DNA of 63,506 nucleotides, the filler included, from Sluysia triapertura (taxonomy: Eukaryota), in the NCBI GenBank assembly GCA_046118255.1. It is 5 parts of 5 records of this genome, joined end to end, with 100 filler letters (N's around TTAATTAATTAA, not from the genome) between each part and the next. Parts side by side here need not be neighbours in the genome. Positions count along the whole stretch, not along the records: positions 52,481 to 63,506 come from JBJNIA010189975.1; 4 more parts are not named here. One strand, 5' to 3'. Under the pieces are notes generated by a model. That model had not been told where the DNA came from and searched no databases. It saw only the letters and a list, made by a program, of their open reading frames with translations. The position numbers and the translations under genes are program-made. Numbering within the stretch: position 1 is the stretch's first letter; the number at the start of each line of letters is the position of its first letter. Of this stretch, positions 54,622 to 63,506 are shown piece after piece.

Positions 54622-55686
54622 ATGACAACATCAGGATTATCAAATTTAGTTCGCAGAAATATAATGCGTAAAACAGAAGCATTGATTATTCGCTTAACTG
54701 ATTATCAAGTTTTAAAAGGAAAATATGCTCAATTAACGGAATTAGAAATAACAAATATATGTACTTTACTAAATGATATTTTGGGAACTGAACAAGTATA
54801 TATTGATATAAAATTAGATGAACCTTTATACATATTAGGTGATATATTTGGTCAGTATGGTGATTTATTAAGGATTTTCAATGTGCTTGGACATCCACCG
54901 AAAACAAGATATTTATTTTTAGGAAATTATGTAGATCGTGGTAATCGAAGTATTGAAACTATTGCTTTATTATTCGCTTATAAATTACGATATCCAAAGC
55001 AATTATTTTTGTTGCGAGGCAATCATGAATGTGAAGAAACATCAAAACATTTTGGATTTTATGAGGAATGTGTCAAAAGATATAGTAGACGTCTATGGAA
55101 ATCAATTGTTTCAACATTCGAATATTTGCCAGTTGCTGCTTTTGTAGAAGATAAAATATTTTGTGTACATAGCGGCTTATCACCTGGAGTACATTATTCA
55201 GCTCTTAATTCAGTGAGTTCTTTGAAAGATTATATGGCAAAAGTAATAGGACGTCCAACTGATGTAGCAAATAACGTTTTAGTTACTCATTTTTTATGGA
55301 GTGATCCGGATCCAGAAATCAATCTTTGGGAACAAAATCCAACTGGTTTAGGTTATTTATTTGGATATGACGTAGTAAGTGATTTTTGCGAACGTTTTAA
55401 AATTGAGCAAATTATTCGTAGTAACGAATTAGTTGAAAATGGTTACGAATTTTTTGTCGATAGTCGTTTATTAACTATTTTTAGTGCTCCAAACTATTGT
55501 GGAGCATTTAAAAACAATGGTGCTCTAGTAATGCTTCAAAGACGCAAATTTAGTACTGATATTATCGCAAGAATTAAAATAATAAAACCAATAATGAAAT
55601 TTAGAAGTAAGACTACAGGCAGAATGACAATATCAATTGAAAATACATCAATTACATATCCAAATGAAGAAATGCAATGCGAATAA
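54622..55686 (+). CDS. Intronless PP1-like PPP-family protein, 354 aa, probable pseudophosphatase
   Basis: Uninterrupted ORF with PP1 hallmarks (YLFLG.YVDRG, LRGNHE, GFYEEC..RY, LWSDP, GYEFF, FSAPNYCG), but GDIFGQ, GNYVDRG, NPTG and RSNE at catalytic positions. Confidence 0.95.
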   Translation: MTTSGLSNLVRRNIMRKTEALIIRLTDYQVLKGKYAQLTELEITNICTLLNDILGTEQVYIDIKLDEPLYILGDIFGQYGDLLRIFNVLGHPPKTRYLFLGNYVDRGNRSIETIALLFAYKLRYPKQLFLLRGNHECEETSKHFGFYEECVKRYSRRLWKSIVSTFEYLPVAAFVEDKIFCVHSGLSPGVHYSALNSVSSLKDYMAKVIGRPTDVANNVLVTHFLWSDPDPEINLWEQNPTGLGYLFGYDVVSDFCERFKIEQIIRSNELVENGYEFFVDSRLLTIFSAPNYCGAFKNNGALVMLQRRKFSTDIIARIKIIKPIMKFRSKTTGRMTISIENTSITYPNEEMQCE

Positions 55687-56093
55687 ATTTAAAAAAATTA
55701 TTTCAGAAATTAAAATTGTACATATAACAAATCTATATAATAAGGTTTTATGTATCCCATAGACAAATGATACTATGTAGTTTAAAAAAGAATCTTTATG
55801 TATTGTTTTATCTACTAATAGTTTTTAGAAATATCGAAGTCAATTACGTTTTAGTAATACGCAATTACAAAATATGTATATTTGAATTTATATTTTACTT
55901 TTACATATTGAATATGAAATTTTTTAAGTAAAATAGTCTCGAAATTCTTTTTTATATTTTTAATTTATAATCAAATCTCTTGAAGTTATACAATATTATT
56001 ATTATTATTATTATAATTATTATTATTAATTCAATGTTAACTAAGATAACATTTCCAAAGAAAAACAATAGAAATTATAATATAATTTGCATT

Positions 56094-56327
56094 TTAAATC
56101 AGTCTTTCTAAAGGCGGTATTCTTACAATAAAATGCATTTCCTTAAAATCATTGTCAGCTATTTCCTTTCGAGTTGGTTTATATTTACCGTGAAATCTCC
56201 GATTTTCTTTGACATGGTAAAAAATTAAACTAAATAAAGTAATAAAGAAAACTATTAATCCTATCGTGAAAACATTTGTTAGAATAGAATTTTCTTTAGG
56301 CTTATTAAAAGGTTTACGAATACAGAA
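56094..56327 (-). CDS. crb: Crumbs-family C-terminus: transmembrane helix, FERM-binding motif and PDZ-binding ERLI
   Basis: 78 open codons after an AG: FCIRKPFNKPKENSILTNVFTIGLIVFFITLFSLIFYHVKENRRFHGKYKPTRKEIADNDFKEMHFIVRIPPLERLI*. Matches Crumbs RR..G.Y.P...E....PP.ERLI*. Confidence 0.85.
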   Translation of the reverse strand, partial: FCIRKPFNKPKENSILTNVFTIGLIVFFITLFSLIFYHVKENRRFHGKYKPTRKEIADNDFKEMHFIVRIPPLERLI

Positions 56328-56759
56328 CTTTTATTTTATAACAATTGAAATATAACATTCAAACAAAAATATGTAATAAATATAATAATTGTTGATTAAA
56401 ATTATACTAATGATAGTTCTTGTGTGCTGCTAAATTTGCTGCTGCCGCCTTTGCTGCCATAAATGTTCTCTATCAGCTAAAGGTCTATTAGAATACGAGA
56501 GACATATCCACTCAACATATAATAATTGATAACATTCATAAACACAAAGAATTGAGGTTACGCTCACTATAATAAATAAGAGAAAAATGAAAGAAAATAA
56601 AATTATGGAACCAATTCGGAAAAGAGTTAAAAAAAGTTGAATATATGTAAAGGAAAAAGGAATATTATATAATATATTCAGTTATGAGAGTAAAATTATT
56701 TACTTAGGAGAGTAAAATTATTAAAATATTAAATGACTTAAAATATTAGAAAGTATGAC

Positions 56760-58960
56760 ATTGAAACCTCTACCCTGGATATTGGAGCGTATGATCCCTA
56801 TAGGTATTAAAGGATTGCTGCGACAGACTCGTGATGTCCACTTTTCGGAAACCCAAGGATTTCAGTAAAATTTCATTTTCCGGATCCCAGGAACCGAGGG
56901 TCCCTTTAACAAAAGTGACAGTTTAATTGTTTTGTAATTTTTTCCTAAGATTCTCGTATTTTTCATTATTCAGAGTTCAGGCAGCTCTAAAGTTTTCATA
57001 TTTGTCAATGGGAGATCTGACATCCATGACATAGAGCTGAAAGGAGTTTGTTTTCCGAGCCTGAATATCTGGTCGTCACTATCACCGACTATCGGTGTTT
57101 ACCAATCTTTTTCAACTTGTCCATCAAAAAATTCAGGATTTTATTATATCTAACTGCGTACCAAATGACGCTGCGCTAGGGATTCTTTTTCAAAACCACA
57201 CCAGCGACATGTAATAGGAATTCCTAAGCGAATGTTCTGCGGAAAAAAGTTAATCTTCAGGATATTGTTGCGCGCTTTAACTATAAATATCCAACATTGG
57301 TCATTTAATCCGAGTGAGAATGGTATGCCAGAGAGGGTACTTTTCATAAGGCAGTCAACAAATAAGCCATGACATGTACAAGTTTTCCAAATACGGCTAT
57401 TAGAAAGACTGATCAGCTCATGTAGATATTTCCCCACTTTATCTTTAAGAAACTGACCAAACGTAACTTTTTCGTCCCCAATAATGTCGGATTTAATTTG
57501 ATCATCGGCGAGAATGAAGGTGACCTAGATGTTGTATCTACGCTGCAAATTAAGGATGGAGATTCTAATTCTAGACCACCAAGTTTGTAGTTGTGCAACT
57601 CGACATCCATTTAACCAAGATAGTGCATGGGTTATTCTCAGTTACCTGGTTTAGGCGATTCGCTGAAACCGTCATAATTTCGTGCAGTGCCAGATTAAGA
57701 AGGAGTAATGTGCGGCTGTTAAAGAGGCGGAAATTGTCCGCAATATAGTCATCATAATCAGAAATCAAACTAAAATCTCCACGATTTTTATGAGCAGAGA
57801 AGAAACAATTATTCAGAGGAAACTTTTGCAAGCCCAGAAATAATTTGAAAATCTAATGGATCATTTTATCGCAACCTACCTATTTGGAGATTGTTTACCA
57901 TGGGGACTACTCAAAGTTTGAGTATTGATATTGAGGTTATGGAAATGAAGCGGGAAACGTGAGTGTAAGAAGTTTCGATACATAAGAAACTTTTTCTTAC
58001 AACTGAGACTACACCTTTGTATCTTTCGGGCACATACAAGATTGTTCTTCAGAAGTTTGTTAACGCTGTTGGGATAAAGGCATAAAGTGCCATGAAGTAT
58101 AATGGACTATAGTAATCTAAAAATTGTTGACAGAGCTGATAGATCAGTGGATAAAGCATCGAACTGCGCAGCGAGAGGTTCCGGGTTCGATACCCGGTCA
58201 ATCCATTTTATGAAATCTAGCAACACTTTGTTTCTTCAGTTCACGAAATGGGACCCCTAACTAAATCATTGTTTTCTCTTAAGTCCGTTCCATCTTCGGT
58301 ATCGGTATATTGTTAATTCTAAGACACAGTTCATTATAGGCAATGTTACTGTAGTAGAAGCATATAGTGGGACGGAAAATTAAGTATGCTAACTTTGCTT
58401 GTTCAACTAACTGTTGTAGTTGTTCATATGGTATGTGGATTAAGGCAATATCATCTGTATAAGCGAGGTTTTGGGGAAATGAAGTGCCACTAGTCAAGAA
58501 GTCATCCTCTGGATGGAAGGAATAATATGAAGCCAATGGTAATACAAAATAGCGTCATTGACAATGGCCGACCCTGTTTGATGCCATACTTAATTTGAAC
58601 ACTTGTAACCAGCGGTATTGCCATCATAAATGTTCCGCAGAAGGTTGAGGGTGTGTTGATGGAGACCCATCAAAGAAAGTGTATGCCAGAGAGGCTGATG
58701 AGGTAGAGACCTAAAAGTGTTGGCATTATCTAGAAATACGATATGAAGTTCTTTCTGCAGTTTCTTTTTATGATTCAAAGAAACTGTGAAGGAAATTATG
58801 TCAGTGCAGCCATCAGAGCGAAGAAGCGCTGCTTGGTAAGGACTTATTAGGTTTCAACAGTGGATCCAAGATAAAAGGCGATCATTAAAGATTCTATATG
58901 TAGAATCAAGGATCGCAATAATTTACCAGTAAGCAACTTCAAAAGCGGCGTGGACTTTAT
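56760..58960 (-). mobile_element. Decayed RLE-type non-LTR retrotransposon (NeSL/Utopia/R2-like)
   Basis: RT: LHIVFLDNANTFRSLPH, GIKQGRPLSMTLF, LAYTDDIAL, LGVP. C-terminus: CRWCGFEKESL, RPDI, VRSPIDKYENF..KY and LGSWDPENE. Many stops and frameshifts. Confidence 0.9.
58070..58221 (+). mobile_element. ~150-bp dispersed cassette with a tRNA-like core (58133-58205), inserted in the LINE. Partial minus-strand copies at ~32803-32940, 33002-33097, 34819-34895 (+35090-35118), 36928-36981, 47130-47197
   Basis: A box TAGATCAGTGG, B box GGTTCGATACC, T stem CCGGG/CCCGG. Consensus acceptor GGGCTGA/TCAGTCC. The anticodon arm does not pair. Flanks TGGGATACAGGCCTAAAGTGCCAT and ATGAAGTCTAAC are shared between copies. 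Confidence 0.75.
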
Positions 58961-59524
58961 TGGGTTTTATGATGAGTGGTGAATATGGTATATTTTGCAC
59001 ATTTATATTTTATTAAAAAGGAGACAAATGAATTTTCTTGCATGATCTATATTGTAGCTGAACAGTTTAATGATAAATTGTACGTAAAATGAATATTTGT
59101 CATGCATTGCTTGAAACGTCATATTCGGGATAAATTATCGAAATTAGTTTAACAATTTAGACGCACAATTACATTTCAATCTGTGACATTTGTTTAGTCA
59201 CTGAATTATTAATTGCAAATAAGTAACGCACCGAAATAATATTCATAAAAATTTTATCTTATTTCAATAATACATGTAACGTTTTAATCATTATTTTCTT
59301 ACACCAATAACCTGTTGAATAATTAAATTCTGGTACTTATGTTTCTACACTTTCATCACATATAAAATGTCGAATTATTATTGTAATCCATAAGATAAAA
59401 ATCATTTTTATAAGTTAAATTCAAAATATTGCAAAATTTTAAAAAATTAATTTTTTAGAAATAATTAATAAAACTTTTACTGAAGTCTATCGAATAGATT
59501 GTTTCATAAATTGGTACAATATCC

Positions 59525-59527
<3 letters not shown>

Positions 59528-59600
<73 letters not shown>
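59528..59600. repeat. (ATT/AAT)n microsatellite; similar tracts at ~2735-2787, 30827-30877, 44095-44129, 52309-52380
   Basis: Read directly from the sequence. Confidence 0.95.
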
Positions 59601-59603
<3 letters not shown>

Positions 59604-60116
59604 ATTCATAAGTAACTAAGCATGGTATCACGTTTAGAAACAAACTGTATAAATAAAAAAACCAAATAAAAAAGAATATTTAAAACTTTTGAATAACAAT
59701 AATTCGAATAATGGAAACCATAAATAAAAGTTAAATCCAATCAATCTTAAAACTTAAATCATTAAAAACTTAAAAATTTACCAAAATACAACATATTTTA
59801 TCGTAAATAACACCAGATATATAAAGCCAATTGAAAAATTCTAAAATTCATTTCATTTTAAATCAACTTTTCATAAATAAATTTAATAAATTATTTTATT
59901 TTGATATGTTAATTAAAATGACGTTCCATTAAAAAAATACGAAGATACTTTAATGATTTTTCATATTAAAAGTGCATTTTCAAGCATTATATCTAATATT
60001 ATTCTTAAATAGAAATCAAATTTTAATTAAACACGACTTCTTATTCACAGTTGATAGAATTAATAAATTCATTCAAACTTAGAAGAGGATGAAATAATCT
60101 GAATATTTTGAGAATA

Positions 60117-60147
<31 letters not shown>

Positions 60148-61050
60148 TAAACATAATAATAATCTAACGAGTACTCATAGGATAAAAGAAATCCACATTG
60201 TTTAGTAATGTATCCAGAACAAATCTCAAACTCCCATCACTTTCAATATTTCTAAATTTGAAAAAACTCTTCAAAAACATAGTTTTTCATTTATCATTTA
60301 TTATATGTGTGATCGCAGTCAGTTTATAATAATTGTTTGTACTAGTTCGTGCCACACATAGATGGATTGTTATAAAACAATAAAATAGATATAGGATATT
60401 TATTTTTCCCTCTGAAGCCCTGGTAGCAAAAGGGTTGATTAGTTAAGTTAACATTATGTATATGCAAACATTTTTCTTGGATCATATTAAATTAATTAAT
60501 TTAATAATTTGTGAAATGTGTAATAAAACATTTACTTGCAAATGTCTGCTTTATCCATTAACTCTTTAAAAAAGAAGATATAATTTATATCTTTATTGAA
60601 TTACTACTATAAATTAAACAATAAAGATTACTAGATCTAACACCGACGATGCTGATATCTCATTTTAAAATATCCAAAATCAATTAAAATATTTTATTGA
60701 AATAAATAAAAGTTAAATCTAATAATTGCAAATAAAATTTTCTTTAAGTTATTTATTATTTCATTAATTATTAACATTATTATTTTGATTTTTTATTGTT
60801 TACTTTATATAATAATAATTAATGAAAAACAAAAGCAATTTTGAATATTAATTAATATATTATTGTAGTAATTAATGCAATCAGAAATAAATAATATTCA
60901 TTTAGTAAAACTTTCCATAAATACTTAAATTTCAAGAAATAATTTTGTATAGTCTTAGTATTATAAAATAATTAAAAATTTAATACGATTGAATCAGAGA
61001 AAATCTATAATTATTTTAAAAACAAATTAGTTACTTATGTTTAACAGTAA

Positions 61051-61302
61051 CTAAATATTTAATAAAATATCAATTATAAAATTAGTTAAATAAACTAACA
61101 TAGTAGTTGCATTTGAAGTACCACTAAACAAGTTTGGAATAAATACAGTACATATATTTTGAATTCCCATGCGATTAAACTCTTCTTGTTCTATAACATT
61201 TACCAGAAATCGTAAAAGATATTCCAAATTATTACTCACATGAGGTGGTAATCCATTTATGACATCTCGTAATTTCCACAACGCCTTTTGTTTGTCACCG
61301 TT
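61051..61302 (-). CDS. RhoGAP-domain protein, C-terminal domain exon
   Basis: KLRDVINGLPPHVSNNLEYLLRFLVNVIEQEEFNRMGIQNICTVFIPNLF matches RhoGAP LP..N...L.YL..FL..V......N.M...N...VF.PNL. CAG acceptor at 61305-61303; the true 3' end is uncertain. Confidence 0.88.
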   Translation of the reverse strand, partial: NGDKQKALWKLRDVINGLPPHVSNNLEYLLRFLVNVIEQEEFNRMGIQNICTVFIPNLFSGTSNATTMLVYLTNFIIDILLNI

Positions 61303-61777
61303 CTGATGTCTTAAATAAAGAAATTTATTGGAAACGTTTTTTGTTACTATATGAACGTGACTGAGATGAATCAACGTGAGGGCAAACTCGACAACAATCA
61401 TCAGCTGTTATACATCGAAGTATAGCAATTTCGAAAAAGACTATCAGATGGTAAAGGGTATGAATGAAATAACTATGTTGGTAACGAAGAAATGCAGTAT
61501 TGAGGGGACATTATTATAAGTATTAGTTGTTCTAATTCAACCTGCATATTAAGAAAATTGTGGATTAATTGGAATTAATTTAGAAATATAACCTATGATA
61601 GTGATCACTTTTTCATGACTTAACTGTTACGTTTATACCTATATGAATAATTATCAATAATGTTAATACAACCATGGAGATATTACGTTTTAACATGTTA
61701 TATTCAAAATATAACAAAAAATGATAAATACCATGGCATTAGAACATTTATAGCATATTTACAAACTCAACACAAAA

Positions 61778-62137
61778 ATGGATACAAAAATTCAAATTAC
61801 AAGTTTTCTCGAGACCAAACAAGTGAAAAAGAAAGAAATATGGGTAGATTCAAGATGCATTGTCATCTTATTAATTATCAATTTATTAATTAAAGACCTA
61901 AAAGATGGTACAGAAAGTGTAATATTAGATGGATTTCCAATTACTGATAATGCACGAATTTACACAGAGAAAAAGCTAAATTTATCAATTTTATTTGGGT
62001 ATTTTGCTTAGGTGCGTTGTCAAATTAGAAATCTTAAAACCGATAGAGTTGATGATCGTCGCATTCCTACCAATGCGCGAATAAATGAATATGAAAACCA
62101 GTTACACGAAATTAAAGACAATTTTAAAATAAATTAA
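61778..62137 (+). pseudogene. Adenylate/UMP-CMP kinase-like remnant, antisense inside a RhoGAP intron
   Basis: VILDGFP, then in the same frame after a TAG: RVDDRRIPTNARINEYENQ (compare AK1 RVDDNEETIKKRLETY). No P-loop found. Confidence 0.55.
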
Positions 62138-62413
62138 AAAATAATTATCTGTTAGAAAAAATCAATAAATTAATTAAAATGGCAAAAAATTAAAAAATTT
62201 TACTGAGTAGTTTAATAATAAAAATAAGAGCAAAATTATGATGAATGAATCTACAGCATTTCTGAATGATATCTATTCTAGCATTTCAATGGGAATATTC
62301 TATTCAGAGTTTAGTTTTCTTTGAAAATGATTTCCTACTTGTCAGTTCTTATGAGTGAGCGAGATAACATAGATGCTACAATCCTTAGTAACCAGAATAA
62401 TTAAGTTACTTAC

Positions 62414-62434
62414 GATGATTACGTCAATTGTTTC
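62414..62434 (-). CDS. RhoGAP 21-nt micro-exon (ETIDVII)
   Basis: TTTAG acceptor and GTAAGT donor; phase 0/0; bridges the flanking RhoGAP exons in frame. Confidence 0.55.
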
Positions 62435-62639
62435 CTAAATTAATGTGAAATATATATTTTGAATTAATGGTTGGTTGGAAAATTGTGTTTGATAATTAAT
62501 GTCAATATACGGATGCAAAATAGATCAGATAGCAACTATTAGAAATTATTCTTTGTTTGCTTTAAGAATACATAAATTAAATTTTTATGTACTTTCAAAA
62601 AACATAAGTAGCAAAAACTAACAGTTCATAACATTCTAC

Positions 62640-62771
62640 CCATTGTGTCTTATTTACACAACCCAACAATTGTACTGGTAATTGGCGTAGATATCGTTTG
62701 AATATATCTGCCACAACATCTGCAGGCCACACATATTTAACTTCATCACATTTCATTAAATTCATGATTTC
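62640..62771 (-). CDS. RhoGAP-domain exon
   Basis: TTTTTAG acceptor; 132 nt. EIMNLMKCDEVKYVWPADVVADIFKRYLRQLPVQLLGCVNKTQW matches D...VA..LK.YLR.LP.PL. Confidence 0.85.
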
Positions 62772-63506
62772 CTAAAAACAGTAAATGAATAAATTTAGGT
62801 TTAAAAAGATTTAAATTTTAAAAATTATTCAAATCTTAAATTTGATTAATATTTGAAAAAAAATCCGAAAATTAACGGAAAACTTCGATGTTCTAAAAAT
62901 AAAGTAAACTTGGGATTATGTTTACTGTGTTACAAGTAATTTATATATTGGAATACATACATAATAAAAAATATGCATTATCAAAAAAAATTAAAGAATA
63001 TTTTGAGAAAGACATAAGTAATCATATTGACATTACATTCATTTCATTTACTGCTTTTTCAGTTAGATTATCGCGAATTTTCTCCCTTGAAAATTCTAAA
63101 AATTATAGCGGACCCATAAAGAATCCAACGGTAAATCACTTTATAAAATTCGCTCAGTTTTACTGAATTTATAATTTTATAATCGAAATTTAAAAACAAT
63201 GGACAACCATATTTGACCATGACATATCATTGGACGAGGATGTGATTATAAATAATAGATATACAATACCTATTGCGGATTATTTAAGTTTAATTTCAGT
63301 TAGAATACTTTTCTGAGAATGAATTCACTTTGTAATACACTATATAATTTAATTTATTAAATTTTCGAACTTTAGGATAATAAAAGAAATTTATTATTCA
63401 AAAGTTGACTAAGACTTCAATAAATTCCAAGAATGTAAAACCAAATTTTCGAATGATCTGGAATTTTCGATAAGTTCCATTAATTCTGATTGGCTGCTGA
63501 CTACTA

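Noticed and set aside
54938-55147. Overlapping alternative-frame ORF inside the PP1-like gene
   Set aside because: Short, no recognisable motif, and expected by chance.
58133-58205. Functional tRNA gene
   Set aside because: The anticodon stem does not pair, the acceptor and D stems have mismatches, and it belongs to a decayed dispersed family.
47736-62771. PDE, PP1-like, Crumbs and RhoGAP as a co-functional signalling cluster
   Set aside because: An artificial spacer separates PDE from the rest, and nothing indicates co-regulation of the others.

Overview
Very AT-rich, repeat-dense animal genomic DNA, not prokaryotic. It has spliceosomal introns (some only 34-39 nt) and metazoan genes (FCHSD/Nervous wreck, Crumbs tail); a flatworm-like origin is my inference only. 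Four identical 100-bp spacers (N44-TTAATTAATTAA-N44) split the window into five probably unrelated scaffolds. Protein-coding content: five exons of an FCHSD/Nwk F-BAR gene (+), a compact short-intron gene of unknown function (-), two exons of a cyclic-nucleotide phosphodiesterase (-), an intact intronless PP1-like ORF (+), a Crumbs-type transmembrane plus ERLI tail (-) and RhoGAP exons (-). Decayed gene copies include RPS3, BTB-BACK, RING/CCCH and adenylate-kinase-like sequences. Mobile elements include Tigger/pogo, Tc1/IS630, mariner, several hAT types, a piggyBac MITE, a Stowaway-like end and RLE-type (NeSL/R2-like) LINE fragments. The most notable signals are (1) the PP1 paralogue, which has lost three metal ligands and a phosphate-binding Arg yet remains an intact ORF, so it is a candidate PPP pseudophosphatase; (2) a multi-copy ~150-bp cassette with a tRNA-like core, twice physically linked to RLE LINE remnants; and (3) the Crumbs tail with no canonical ectodomain nearby. 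All protein assignments come from manual translation and remembered family motifs; no searches were run.
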